From Macrostomum lignano (taxonomy: Eukaryota), in contig NIVC01000981.1 of the NCBI GenBank assembly GCA_002269645.1, positions 124,001 through 188,000 of the forward strand: a DNA stretch of 64,000 nt, in the 5' to 3' direction. The notes under the pieces are model-generated. The model did no database searches. It was not told where the DNA came from and saw only the letters and a program-made list of their open reading frames with translations. Both the position numbers and the translations under genes were made by a program. Positions 51,124-63,699 of this stretch are shown piece by piece. How positions within the stretch are numbered: the stretch's first letter is position 1; each line of letters starts with the position of its first letter.

Positions 51124-51399
51124 CTGCCTGTGTTTTTAAGCCTCAGAGTAACCGCGATCGAATTGATTTTTTTACGGCCGGGGCATTTTAACTTGAGGAT
51201 CATGCATCTCGGATTTGTCAGATTGTCTCTTTTTACCGATTTTTGAGATCGCCATCTCAGATGTTAATTCTTATTTATGTCTAATTCTTTATGTTTTTAA
51301 GGCCGTGACCCCAGATTTTCGGTAATGACCTTGGATTTCACGGTCGTTACCGCAGCTCTTTGAGGTTGTGACCTCAGCTTTCTTCGGGCAATGACCTCA

Positions 51400-51880
51400 G
51401 ATTATTAGGGTCGTGAACTCAGACATTTCTTAGGCTCGTGACCTTAGATTTCTTAGGGTCGTGACCTTAAATTTCTTAGGGTCGTGACCTTAGATTTCTT
51501 AGGGTCGTGACCTTAGATTTCTTAGGGTCGTGACCTTAGATTTCTTAGGGTCGTGACCTTAGATTTCTTAGGGTCGTGACCTTAGATTTCTTAGGGTCGT
51601 GACCTTAGATTTCTTAGGGTCATGACCTTAGATTTCTTAGGGTCGTGACCTTAGATTTCTTAGGGTCGTGACCTTAGATTTCTTAGGGTCGTGACCTTAG
51701 ATTTCTTAGGGTCGTGACCTTAAATTTCTTAGGGTCGTGACCTTAGATTTCTTAGGGTCGTGACCTTAGATTTCTTAGGGTCGTGACCTTAGATTTCTTA
51801 GGGTCGTGACCTCAGACTTCTTAGGGTCGTAAACTCAGATTTCTTATGTTCGTGACCTCAGATTTCTCAGGGTCGTGACC
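51400..51880. repeat. 23-bp minisatellite (GACCTTAGATTTCTTAGGGTCGT)
   Basis: Downstream of the TTC39 stop. Confidence 0.95.
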
Positions 51881-52414
51881 TTTAAATTCTTAAAAATTTT
51901 AGATTTCCTCACCGTCTGAATCACTACTGTTAGTAGAGCTGTCGGAAAATATAAATGTACTAAAATCGCATCTAATACCAAATCCAGCTTGTGTGATTGC
52001 TTATACTTTTTTTCAACAAAGAAAGCATTTCCAGTCGCCATACATATTGCTGGCACTGGTCACTCTCTTGATTGCGTTTTTTGTTGACATGGATACAATG
52101 AACAGTTTATATTATTTTTGTTTTACTCAAGCCATCATGCCTAGCGGTATCTAAAATCCTTTTTCTTCTTTTTTTTTCTTATTTTCGTTTCTGTCTGCCT
52201 ATATATTTGGAGCCCTGTTGATCTTGAATATCCCTGTTTATCAAAAATGATTCATTAAATGGATTTGTCTGTTGAAATCATTATTTAGTAATAATTTTCG
52301 TTGTCTGTTGTCCAGCGCCATTATATAGTTTTTGTTTAGTATGGAAATTTGATACTGACGATAATATTGATGGTTTAATTGTTAATCATTTGTTTGGTAT
52401 TCATTCTCTGGGGG

Positions 52415-53155
52415 TCTCAGTTGCTGGGTCACCAGCCTCCCAGATCCTCAGTTGCTGGGCCAGCCTCCCAGATCCTCAGTTGCTGGGCCACCAGCCTCCC
52501 AGATCCTCAGTTGCTGGGCCAGCCTCCCAGATCCTCAGTTGCTGGGCCAGCCTCCCAAATCCTCAGTTGCTGGACCAGCCTCCCAGATCCTCAGTTGCTG
52601 GGTCACCAGCCTCCCAGATCCTCAGTTGCTGGGTCACCAGCCTCCCAGATCCTCAGTTGCTGGACCAGCCTCCCAGATCCTCAGTTGCTGGGCCAGCCTC
52701 CCAGATCCTCAGTTGCTGGGCCACCAGCCTCCCAGATCCTCAGTTGCTGGGTCACCAGCCTCCCAGATCCTCAGTTGCTGGACCAGTCTCCCAGATCCTC
52801 AGTTGCTGGGCCAGCCTCCCAGATCCTCAGTTGCTGGGCCACCAGCCTCCCAGATCCTCAGTTGCTGGACCAGCCTCCCAGATCCTCAGTTGCTGGGTCA
52901 CCAGCCTCCCAGATCCTCAGTTGCTGGGCCAGCCTCCCAGATCCTCAGTTGCTGGGCCAGCCTCCCAGATCCTCAGTTGCTGGACCAGCCTCCCAGATCC
53001 TCAGTTGCTGGGCCAGCCTCCCAGATCCTCAGTTGCTGGGCCACCAGCCTCCCAGATCCTCAGTTGCTGGACCAGCCTCCCAGATCCTCAGTTGCTGGGC
53101 CAGCCTCCCAGATCCTCAGTTGCTGGGCCAGCCTCCCAGATCCTCAGTTGCTGGG
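52415..53155. repeat. 28/31-bp minisatellite (GGGCCAGCCTCCCAGATCCTCAGTTGCT)
   Basis: Tandem array open in all three + frames because the unit lacks stops. Confidence 0.95.
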
Positions 53156-53719
53156 CTAGCCCTTAGATTCCTAAGCAAGCAGCGATAGATCATCAAGGCG
53201 CATTCCTAATTAAAATTGTGTTGTTTATTTTCACTCACTGTTAGCAGTGAATTCCAAAGAAACTTGATATTTTTTCTAAGTGTTTGCAGTGATCTGCTTT
53301 CTCGCCACTGCAGCACATTTCAAATTTTCAAAGCCATGATATTTGCTCCGTTTTAACAAACTTTTTTCTCGTAGGCCCCCTTAGCATACTCGTAGTTTTT
53401 TTACTCTGTTGTTTTTACTTACAAACTATTTTAATGGTTTTGAGTCAACAAACTCTATTAATCTGAGAATAGATTTTTGCATTCGCAAACGTTTTATCAA
53501 GCGATACTAATTTATTTTGCTTCCTACTGATAGTAGGCTGTTGTTGTTTTTAATAAATAAGAGTTTCTTTTATTACAATATAATTTTGTGTTTTCAATTT
53601 GAAATTATTAAATTAATTGTGGATTAAATTTTGCTTTAATTTATTTCAAAGTGACGATAGATATTGAATAAAATACGTTGCACGATATGTATCGAGAAGG
53701 TGCAGTCTCTGAGACATTA

Positions 53720-54316
53720 AAATGTTGCTCATGGCTCATTGTGCTGTTGTCACTAACGGGTGCTAAAGAGTCATACTTTGAATTGGTTGGTAGCTCGGGA
53801 GGACATCTGGCTTCCATTGATCAACTTCCTATGTAGACTGCTGTATTGAGACATTGTGACAGCCTTTAAGCTCCGTTTGTCTGCATAATTGCATTGCTTT
53901 TTTGAGAATCTGACAGCTGTCTTAGAAGGAAATCCGTTGGTAAAATTAGGATTACATGCGATTAAACGCGTTCCTTCGGTGTTGGTAGGAGCGATCTGCG
54001 ACAGTCAATATAGAAACCTAGATGAACGGTGATTCACCAGCTTCACCTTACCGTCTTGAGTCGCATTCGCCATCCAATCAGCCAGTTTACGCCTGACGGT
54101 ACGGCACCCTTGGACTCTGTAGACTTTGTAGATCTGAGTCCAAAAATGTATTCTTACACTACGGTCCTTTTCGGATGCTTAAATCTCGCGCATTCAATTC
54201 CAATGCTGGCTCATGTCTGGAAGGCGACATGCTACATGTATTCTATGGATTCAGCGCGAAAGCCCTTTAGCCTGAGCGAGTTTCAATAGCTGCAGAAGCT
54301 CTGCGACCAAGCCTGA
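53720..54316 (+). pseudogene. Decayed paralogue of the PAN/LamG-like gene
   Basis: Across frameshifts it reads DGTAPLDSV...TTVLFGCLNL, CLEGDM...GFSAKAL and SLSEFQ*LQKLCD, versus NGTLAPVAT...TAVFQCLRL, CLNGEM...GLSAKLL and SLEDFDQLSQICN in the intact gene. Confidence 0.5.
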
Positions 54317-55485
54317 ATGCTTATCACAATCAAAAGTCAATATGTTTTCATAAAACCTCGGGGTTGTTGCTGACAGTTGAAAACTAATTAATTAGCTTGA
54401 GCCTACTAAATAATTTACTACCAGAAATGGCACTTCAAACACTACTGCGTACTGATGAATCTAATTGTTTATTCTAAGCTAAGAATGCTGAGTATACTAA
54501 ATCAACGAGTTTGGTTTTGTATTACATGTAATTAGTCGGACGCTATAGGGTGGGAACGCGTCCGATTCTGGCTCTAAAGTACCTGCATGTGCATGTACAT
54601 GTATACAATGTACATGTACCTCAGTTGGATGATCGTGAGCGACCATCGCTAATTTGAGACTTTTGGGAATTGTCGAGATCCATTTGGAACTCGTGAGAGC
54701 CAACCTCCAACAACATGCCTATCGATGAGAAAGTTAAAGAGATACCATCATCTCCACACATGGCTGATGTACGAAGGCATGACCAAAATGTATGTAAAAA
54801 GGTAGCTCGTAACATTAAACATAATTTGATCTAGTTGTTGGCGTTTACCAAACAATGAACCTGTAGTTCAGCTATACATGTACATGTGAAAATAGATTAG
54901 CGAGCTCAGATACACATGCATTATTAATTTTTTTATTAAACTGGGACTGTTTAGTTATGATCACGCTACTGCACTTTCTTTTATTACGTACAGCGATCGT
55001 TTGCCTTTAGTTTTACAGAATCCGAAGTCGGGACAGTAAAAAAAGACCAATGCATGTTTTATATATAGGCTACTAAGTACTGCATAGCGTCGTTCTTGAT
55101 TTTTAATTTATAGAAATTAATTGTTTTCCATTCCGAAACAGCTTTTCGACGGAAGAGGCACGATACGTTTTTGCGATATAAAAGCAAGAACCCAAAACCT
55201 TAATTAGTTGTGACGTGTGGCACTTGGCAGATGACAGGCAGCATTGTTACCTTTTTCAGTCATGTCAAATAAATTAAAGACAATTGAAGTTGTCACCTGC
55301 CAAAAGCTTTCAAGTTAAGCTTTCAAAAGCCAACAACACACTGCCGCCAATATAATTAAATTAAATACTCTGCATTGTGTTCCAAGTTGATATATAAATT
55401 TCATCTTTCGAATTGATTGAAGCCTGCATCTTCAGCGGTCTAAAGCTCCATTCAAAGCCAAGACTTCAGATTCGACACAGAACAT

Positions 55486-56940
55486 ATGGAACTAGCAACA
55501 CTTATATTAAGATGGTGGATTCTTGCCACACTGTTGAACATCTTGGCTTGCAAGACTGACTGGGAAGCTGAAACCAAGGTGCTGCCGAAATTCGCCGCGA
55601 CAAAGACCCGACGCTGCCCCACCGCGGCCGCCTCTCCGCTGCCGCACCGCCTGGCCAGCAAGCTGCAGTGTGCCGCCGCCTGCTCCCGACTGCCCACCTG
55701 CAACGCATTTCACTTCGACATCACCACCCGCCAGTGTTACCATGGAGACGCGTGTTCCCAACTCGAGCAATGGACTGACGGCGACTGCGACTCTTACAAG
55801 TACACCGATGTGCTGTGCGGAGACTGCGGTGAGCGGCTCAGTCCCTGCTGTCTTGACAATTCTGTACAAGGACCACTTCGTTCTTAGTCTATCATTTAGT
55901 TTGTAGGAAAATTTATTATAATTCCCGATCCCACTAGAACGACTTGTGTTCTTGAGCAAGACACTTAACTCTGCATTGCTTCAGTTCACCCAGCTGTAAA
56001 ATGGGTGCCTGCATTAGCTGGGGTAATTGAGGGTGTGTGTGGCGACCTTCCCCCCAGTCCTTGGACTGAACAGCCGTACACAGTCTTCAGATGCGCTGCG
56101 CAATAGCTGCGGCTGAGCTGTCGTTTGTACATCTGCCCATTGTAATCAATTGTTTTTTAATTCACTGCAGAGTCTACTGAGCCCCTGGTCAAACCGCTCA
56201 AGCTGAAGCTGTTCTACAAGTTCTCTCGGAGCGGTCTGAAGAATGAGGTCAACCCGAGACTGTCCTGTCTCAAGGCTCACGATGTGACAGTTGATGCAGC
56301 TGGTGCTCACTTCAATGGTAACACGGGCTCCTACCTGAGCACTAACACACCTGGATTTGAGAAGTTCCTTCAGGTTGGCACGGAGTATTCAGTGTTCACC
56401 AAAATATATCACGGCATGGACACGGGGTGAGTGAGCAGATTTTATGCAATCCAGTTTGCAGAGTCACAAATGCAGCAGCCTAATCGGAGTCCCACGCCTC
56501 CACCTGGAAATCCTGGTAGAACCCGGTACTACAGCCGGTTCCAAGAGTGCAACGGCTCGAATCCGGGCAGCTCATTCATCAAGTCGACAGGCCTGGTGTA
56601 CGGATTCAGCTGGGTGGCCAGCAGCGGCTATGGTGAGGGCACATTCGGCTTGTCTGCCAGCTTCCTGCCCAGCGATGGCCTGCCGCGTGGACTATCAGCC
56701 GGCATCACCTTCAACCAGACTGTTCACCAGAGAGTCTATCACAATGGAACTTTGGCGCCCGTAGCAACAATTAACACAGTCTCTGCTAATATCTCAACGG
56801 CCGTGTTTCAGTGCCTCAGGTTGGGCTATGGCGCAGTTGATGCCCAGTGCCTGAATGGAGAGATGGCCTGCTTTGGACTGAGTGCTAAGCTGCTCAGTCT
56901 TGAAGACTTTGACCAGCTGAGTCAAATCTGCAATGAGTGA
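55486..56940 (+). CDS. Secreted PAN/apple-domain + LamG/concanavalin-A-like protein, 339 aa, 3 exons
   Basis: Exons 55486-55828, 56171-56426, 56520-56940 (last acceptor chosen by phase). It has a hydrophobic signal peptide, the PAN motif CAAACSRLPTCNAFHF...QCY, and LamG-like AHFNGNTGSYL and LNGEMACFGLSAKLLSLEDF. Confidence 0.75.
55921..56075 (+). mobile_element. 5'-truncated copy of the CORE-type SINE
   Basis: Near-identical to 3040-3158. It lies in intron 1 of the PAN gene. Confidence 0.75.
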
Positions 56941-57034
56941 TTCTGAATCTCGAAAACTATTTTTTTTACTTTACAAGTGTATCTGCTAATCATCAATAAA
57001 ACAAAAACCAGAGACGAAAATATAAAATTCGTTT

Positions 57035-57700
57035 GGGATTATGGGATCAGAAACGGGGAGCTTGGGATTATGGGATCAGAAACGGGGAGGTTGGGATTAT
57101 GGGATCAGAAACGACGAGCTTGGGATTATGGGATCAAAATCGAGGATTTTGGGATAATGGAATCAGAATTGGGGAGCTTGGGATTATAGGATCAGAATTG
57201 GGGAGCTTGGGATTATAGGATCAGAATTGGGGAGCTTGGGATTATAGGATCAGAATTGGGGAGCTTGGGATTATAGGATCAGAATTGGGGAGCTTGGGAT
57301 TATGGTATCAGAATTGGGGAGCTTGGGATTATAGGATCAGAAACAGGGAGCTTGGGATTATGGGATCAGAAACAGGGAGCTGGGGATTATGGGATCAGAA
57401 ACGGGGAGCTTGGGACTATGGGATCAGAAACGGGGAGCTGGGGATTATGGGATCAAAATTGGGGGATCTTAGAATTATGGAATCAGAAACCAGGATTATG
57501 GGATCATAATTGGGGGATCTTAGAATTATGGAATCAGAAACCAGGATTATGGGATCAGAATCAAGTATTTAGGATTATGGGATGAGAATCGGGATTTCGA
57601 GATCATGAGATCAAAAACGTGGATTTTAAGATTAGGGGATCAGAATTGAGGATTTTAGGATTATGGAATCAGAATTATGGATTTTGGAATTGTGGGATTA
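57035..57700. repeat. ~29-bp minisatellite (TTGGGATTATAGGATCAGAATTGGGGAGC)
   Basis: Tandem array with degenerate edges. Confidence 0.9.
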
Positions 57701-58034
57701 GAAAGGATATTAGTAATTAGTATCATGGGATTAGAAAAAGGAATCCATTCAGACCAGCAAGGCAAGCGAGACGATTAAAACGATCATTCAGAAGACATTT
57801 TGCGCGGTGTATCCTAAGTGCGCTAAAAAGATAGTGCTTTAAATTTATATTTTTATTTAATTTAGGCGGAGACTTTCGCATGGCAACAAAGACGAGAACA
57901 ATTAGCATATTTATAACAATTTAAACACCGACTGAAGCAGCAATTTAAGTGCATTAATTTTTCTGCCTGATTTAATAGCATAACTGAGATACTGAAATCT
58001 GTTAGTGATACTCAAAATATAGTATCAGGAGAGG

Positions 58035-59085
58035 GTCATACGCAGGGTGAGGAGGGGAGAGGGAGATACGGAGGGTTAGAAGGGAAGAGGGTGATACGCA
58101 GGGTGAGGAGGGGAGGAAGAGGGAGATACGGAGGGTTAGGAGGGGAGAGGGTGATACGGAGGGTGAGGAGGGGAGAGGGTGATACGGAGGGTGAGGAGGG
58201 GAGAGGGAGATACGGAGGGTGAGGAGGGGAGAGGGTGATACGGAGGGTGAGGAGGGGAGAGGGTGATACGGAGGGTGAGGAGGGGAGAGGATGATATGGA
58301 GGGTGAGGAGGGGATAGGGTGATACGGAGGGTGAGGAGGGGAGAGGGAGATACGGAGGGTGAGGAGGGGAGAGGGAGATACGGAGGGTGAGGAGGGGAGA
58401 GGGAGATACGGAGGGTGAGGAGGGGAGAGGGTGATACGGAGGGTGAGGAGGGGAGAGGGAGATACGGAGGGTGAGGAGGGGAGAGGGTGATACGGAGGGT
58501 GAGGAGGGGAGAGGGTGATACGGAGGGTGAGGAGGGGAGAGGGTGATACGGAGGGTGAGGAGGGGAGAGGGAGATACGGAGGGTGAGGAGGGGAGAGGGT
58601 GATACGGAGGGTGAGGAGGGGAGAGGGTGATACGAAGGGTGAGGAGGGGAGAGGATGATATGGAGGGTGAGGAGGGGAGAGGGAGATACGGAGGGTGAGG
58701 AGGGGAGAGGGAGATACAAAGGGTGAGGAGGGGAGAGGATGATATGGAGGGTGAGGAGGGGAGAGGGTGATACGGAGGGTGAGGAGGGGAGAGGATGATA
58801 TGGAGGGTGAGGAGGGGAGAGGGTGATACGGAGGGTGAGGAGGGGAGAGGGTGATACGGAGGGTGAGGAGGGGAGAGGGAGATACAAAGGGTGAGGAGGG
58901 GAGAGGGAGATACGGAGGGTGAGGAGGGGAGAGGGTGATACGGAGGGTGAGGAGGGGAGAGGATGATATGGAGGGTGAGGAGGGGAGAGGGTGATACGGA
59001 GGGTGAGGAGGGGAGAGGGAGATACGCAGGGTGAGGAGGGGAGAGGGTGATAAGGATGGGTGAGGAGGGAATAGGGAGATACGGA
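58035..59085. repeat. 28-bp G-rich minisatellite (CGGAGGGTGAGGAGGGGAGAGGGWGATA)
   Basis: Tandem array. Confidence 0.95.
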
Positions 59086-59639
59086 GAAACCATTAGAAAT
59101 CGTAGTAGTACAATATAGAGGAATAAGCAGAGAACAGCTACGAACAGGATATGAAGTTCATTGTCACAATTGAGTTACAATTGTTACCCCCTTGCTGCGA
59201 TGAAAAACTCCAGAAAAAAAGGCTATGACTTTATTCCAATCAGAGCGTCACATATGGAAGAGAGCGAATGGACAATAATACCAACTACACTGCAGAGGTG
59301 TAACGTTTTTACAGCAACAAAAAAGTAAAAACAAGACCTTCTCTGTCAGAATATGCATATACATCTGCAAAAATAGGCCAAACAAACAACATCTTTAATA
59401 TACAATTGAGAAATTATGTTTGCTAGTTTTTTATAATAAGCGACGTTACAGTTTTGTAGATTTGGTATAGATTTAAATTTAACTTGCTTGATTGAAGCAA
59501 CAATTAAATTTTATCCGGTTTAATTACCTTTAGAGAGAGAAAATGTTTAATGAAATGATTCTAAGCACATGTCTACTTCACTTTTTAGGAACATAAAAAA
59601 TCCAACAAATTAATTTGGTACTACCAATAACGAGGGTGG

Positions 59640-60428
59640 GTTATGTCTGTCTCTGTCTGTCTCAGTGTCTGTCTCAGTGTATGCCTCAGTGTCTGTCTAT
59701 GTCTGCCTCAGTGTATGCCTCAGTGTCTGTCTATGTCTGCCTCAGTGTCTGTCTATGTCTGTCTCAGTGTCTGTCAGTGTCTGCCACAGTGTCTGTCTAT
59801 GTCTGTCTCAGTGTCTGCCTCAGTGTCTGTCTCAGTGTCTGTCTCAGTGTCTGTCTCAGTGTCTGTCCCAGTGTCTGTCCCAGTGTCTGTCTCAGTGTCT
59901 GTCAGTGTCTGCCTCAGTGTCTGCCTCAGTGTCTGTCTCAGTGTCTGTCTTAGTGTCTGTCTCAGTGTCTGTCTCAGTGTCTGTCTCAGTGTCTGTCTCA
60001 GTGTATGCCTCAGTGTCTGTCTATGTCTGCCTCAGTGTCTGTCTATGTCTGTCTCAGTGTCTGTCAGTGTCTGCCTCAGTGTCTGTCTATGTCTGTCTCA
60101 GTGTCTGTCAGTGTCTGTCTCAGTGTCTGTCTCAGTGCCTGAATCAGTGCCTGTCTCAGTGTCTGTCTCAGTGTCTGTCTCAGTGTCTGTCTCAGTGTCT
60201 GTCTCAGTGTCTGTCTATGTCTGTCCCAGTGTCTGCCTATGTCTGTCTCAGTATCTGTATCAGTGTCTGTCTCAGTGTCTGTATCAGTGTCTGTCTCAGT
60301 GTCTGTCTCAGTGCCTGTCTCAGTGCCTGTCTCAGTGCCTGTCTCAGTGCCTGTCTCAGTGCCTGTCTCAGTGTCTGTCTCAGTGCCTGTCTCAGTGCCT
60401 GTCTCAGTGCCTGTCTCAGTGCCTGTCT
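59640..60428. repeat. 12-bp minisatellite (GTCTCAGTGTCT)
   Basis: Directly downstream of the RSPRY1 stop. Confidence 0.95.
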
Positions 60429-60440
60429 ATCACACATACA

Positions 60441-63400
60441 TCACACCTCTTGATCGGCGAGTTTGCAGCGACACATCGCCGATCCGGTCTTCGCTTCGTT
60501 GCCCTCCTCGCCGCTGTCGCCGTCAACTAATTCGCAGCTCTCAATGCCAGCCCGACAGAACGGGCACTCGGCCAGCATTCCCGGACACCGGACGCACAGT
60601 CCAGAGTGGCCGCACGGCTTCAGCCGGGTCGTAGCCGGCAAATCGGCGCAGATGTGGCACAGGCCGCTGAAGTCCTGGCGCATCAGACGTTCCCGACGGT
60701 GCCGCACCGCCGCCGTCCAGGGCAGGATTCGGCGAGCCAGCGAGTCGGCGGGCAGCTGGCCGGCGCTGTCCATCGTGTCCGACACGCCTTCGGGCGGCGG
60801 ATAGCGAAACGGCCGGCTGCCGAAATTGAAACGGCACTGCTGATTGGACATGAGACTGGCGGCCGGGTAGATGGCCAGGTCGGACTGGGGCTCAGCATGC
60901 TGCCGCTGCTGCTGCTGAAGGAATGCTTTGTGAGTCTCGCCTGACCATTTGCCGTTCAGGCTGAACTTGGCGGAGCCGCTGGTGAAGTCCAGCAGACAGC
61001 CCACCGTGTCGCCTGGCTGCCAGCGTCGCCAGTTATAGCCGAGCTGGAGTTGGGTTGCATTGGGTTGGAATGGGATTGGAATCCAGCCGGAAAAGGATTG
61101 GAATCCAGCTGGAATGGGATTGGAATGCAACTGGAATGGGATTGGAATGGGATTGGAATGCAACTGGAATAGGATTGGAATCCAACAGGAATGGGATTGG
61201 AATACAACTGAAATGGGATTGGAATGCAACTGGAATAGGATGTGAATCCGACAGGAATGGGATTGGAATGCAACTGAAATGGGATTGGAATGCAACTGGA
61301 ATAGGATTGGAATTCAACCGGAATGGGATTGGAATGCAATCGGAATGAGATTGGAATCCAGCTGGAATAGGATTAGAATGCAACTGAAATGGGATTGGAA
61401 TGCAACTGAAATGGGATTGGAATGCAGCTGGAATAGGATTAGAATGCAACTGAAATGGGATTGGAATGCAACTAAAATGGGATTGGAATGCAGCTGGAAT
61501 GGGATTAGAATGCAACTGAAATGGGATTGGAATGCAACTAAAATGGGATTGGAATGCAGCTGGAATAGGATTAGAATGCAACTGAAATGGGATTGGAATG
61601 CAACTAAAATGGGATTGGAATGCAACTGGAATAGGATTAGAATGCAACTGAAATGGGATTGGAATGCAACTGGAATGGGATTGGAATATAGTTGGAATGG
61701 GATTGGAATCCAGCTGGAATGGGGTTGGAATGCAGCTGGAATGGGGTTACAATTCAGCAGAAATGGGATTGAAGAAGCGCCTCACCTGAGACGGCCTGCC
61801 ATTAGTCCAGATGCACATTCGGCAGCCGTCGATGCCCAGACTCAGTGCGTCATCGCCAACGCCGATACCCTCGTGGCTTAGGAACACGGTGGCGCCGGAG
61901 GCCCAGCCAATCTGCATGATGCCGCCAGTCACCAGCGTGACTTCGTAGTACCATTTGCCAGATTTTGCAGGAAACGTAGCCCGAACCGATTCGAAACTGG
62001 CCGCATCGGATCTGGCCTCCAAGCCATCCGGCAGGATGTGCATCGCCTCAGTGGAAGTCTCGGCGCTCAGCATAGCGTTCAATCGTTCACGCTGAGACGC
62101 GGCGGCGTCCCAAGCGGACACCCGGCCGGGCGGTAGGAAATAATTGTCCAGCAGCAACAGGCTCAGACTGGCCAGTTCGCGAAGAGGCCCGCTATCGGAC
62201 ATTGGCAGCCAGGACTCGGCGCGGATCAGGCAGTCTGTTAGGCTTATCTGCTCCGTGTCGCTGGTGAGACTGCAGATCTGCAATACCAGGCCTGGCCGAT
62301 CATCGCCTGGAGAAGTTTTGGTTTGCTTTGTTCTGTTCTACTTCAGAGTTGCCATGGGAGACGGCTGGTGTGCGAGAGGGATAGAAAGAAAGGGAGAGAC
62401 AGGTGGTGAGCAGGGAGAGACTGGCGGTGAGCAGGGAGAGACTGTCGGTGAGCAGGGAGACTGGCGGTGAGCAGGGAGAGACTGGCGGTGAGCAGGGAGA
62501 CTGTCGGTGAGCAGGGAGAGACTGGCGGTGAGCAGGGAGAGACTGTCGGTGAGCAGGGAGACTGGCAGTGAGCAGGGAGAGACTGGCGGTGAGCAGGGAG
62601 ACTGTCGGTGAGCAGGGGGAGTGGCGGTAAGCAGGGATACTGGCGGTGAGCAGGGAGAGACTGGCGGTGAGCAGGGAGAGACTGGAGGTGAGCAGGGAGA
62701 GACTGGCGGTGAGCAGGGAGAGACTGTCGGTGAGCAGGGAGACTGGCAGTGAGCAGGGAGAGACTGGCGGTGAGCAGGGAGAGACTGTCGGTGAGCAGGG
62801 AGACTGGCGCGGTGAGCAGGGAGACTGGCGGTGAGCAGGGAGAGACTGGCGGTGAGCAGGGAGAGACTGTCGGTGAGCAGGGAGACTGGTGGTGAGCAGG
62901 GAGACTGGCGGTGAGCAGGGAGAGACTGGCGGTGAGCAGGGAGACTGTCGGTGAGCAGGGAGAGACTGGCGGTGAGCAGGGAGAGACTGTCGGTGAGCAG
63001 GGAGACTGGCAGTGAGCAGGGAGAGACTGGCGGTGAGCAGGGAGAGACTGTCGGTGAGCAGGGGGAGTGGCGGTGAGCAGGGAGACTGGCGGTGAGCAGG
63101 GAGAGACTGGCGGTGAGCAGGGAGAGACTGGCGGTGAGCAGGGAGAGACTGGCGGTGAGCAGGAAGAGACTGTCGGTGAGCAGGGAGACTGGCAGTGAGC
63201 AGGGAGAGACTGGCGGTGAGCAGCGAGACTGTCGGTGAGCAAAGAGACTGTCGGTGAGCAGGGAGAGACTGGCGGTGAGCAGGGAGACTGTCAGTAAGCA
63301 GACTCACTGGTAATTAGGAAAGCTTGCAGCATTAGCAGAGCGGCGCAGGCCACCTCCAGTTCGGGCTTATTATCCAACAAATACTGCTTCAATTCCGAAT

Positions 63401-63629
63401 CGATAACGCTAGTATTACTACTAGCAGCAGTAGCAGGAGGAGCAGTCAAATTCGCTAAGCGGTTGTGTACAAACTGGAGCAGTTCAACTGTTAACAAGCT
63501 GTTGAACATTGCGCCAGCCAGTTTGGTGGCCAGAGCAGCCACCACGCAAAGGGAGTTCTTCTGTTTAATCTCGGGCAATGACGAGGCGTTAGCAAAATCT
63601 AACTGCTGCATCAGGTCTGAGACCAGCTC
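60441..63629 (-). CDS. RSPRY1: RING finger and SPRY domain-containing protein 1, 3' part (last three exons; 5' exons beyond the window)
   Basis: Exons 63308-63629, 61786-62306, 60441-61043, in frame. SPRY motifs ARSDAASFESVRAT, WYYEVTLVTGGIMQIGWA, GVGDD, PGDTVGCLLD and FNFGSRPFRYPP, then a C-terminal RING (CHIC...LKPCGHSGLCVRC...CPFCR). Confidence 0.92.
61060..61770. repeat. Minisatellite of 11-bp subunits (GGAATGGGATT/GGAATGCAACT)
   Basis: RSPRY1 last intron. Confidence 0.9.
62390..63300. repeat. ~20-22-bp minisatellite (GGCGGTGAGCAGGGAGAGACT)
   Basis: RSPRY1 intron. Confidence 0.95.
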
Positions 63630-63699
63630 CTGCGGTTGGGAGAGTTTGAAATTTTACGAGTATCCCACTTATCTACTATTTATCCCAAATTTTATTCCA

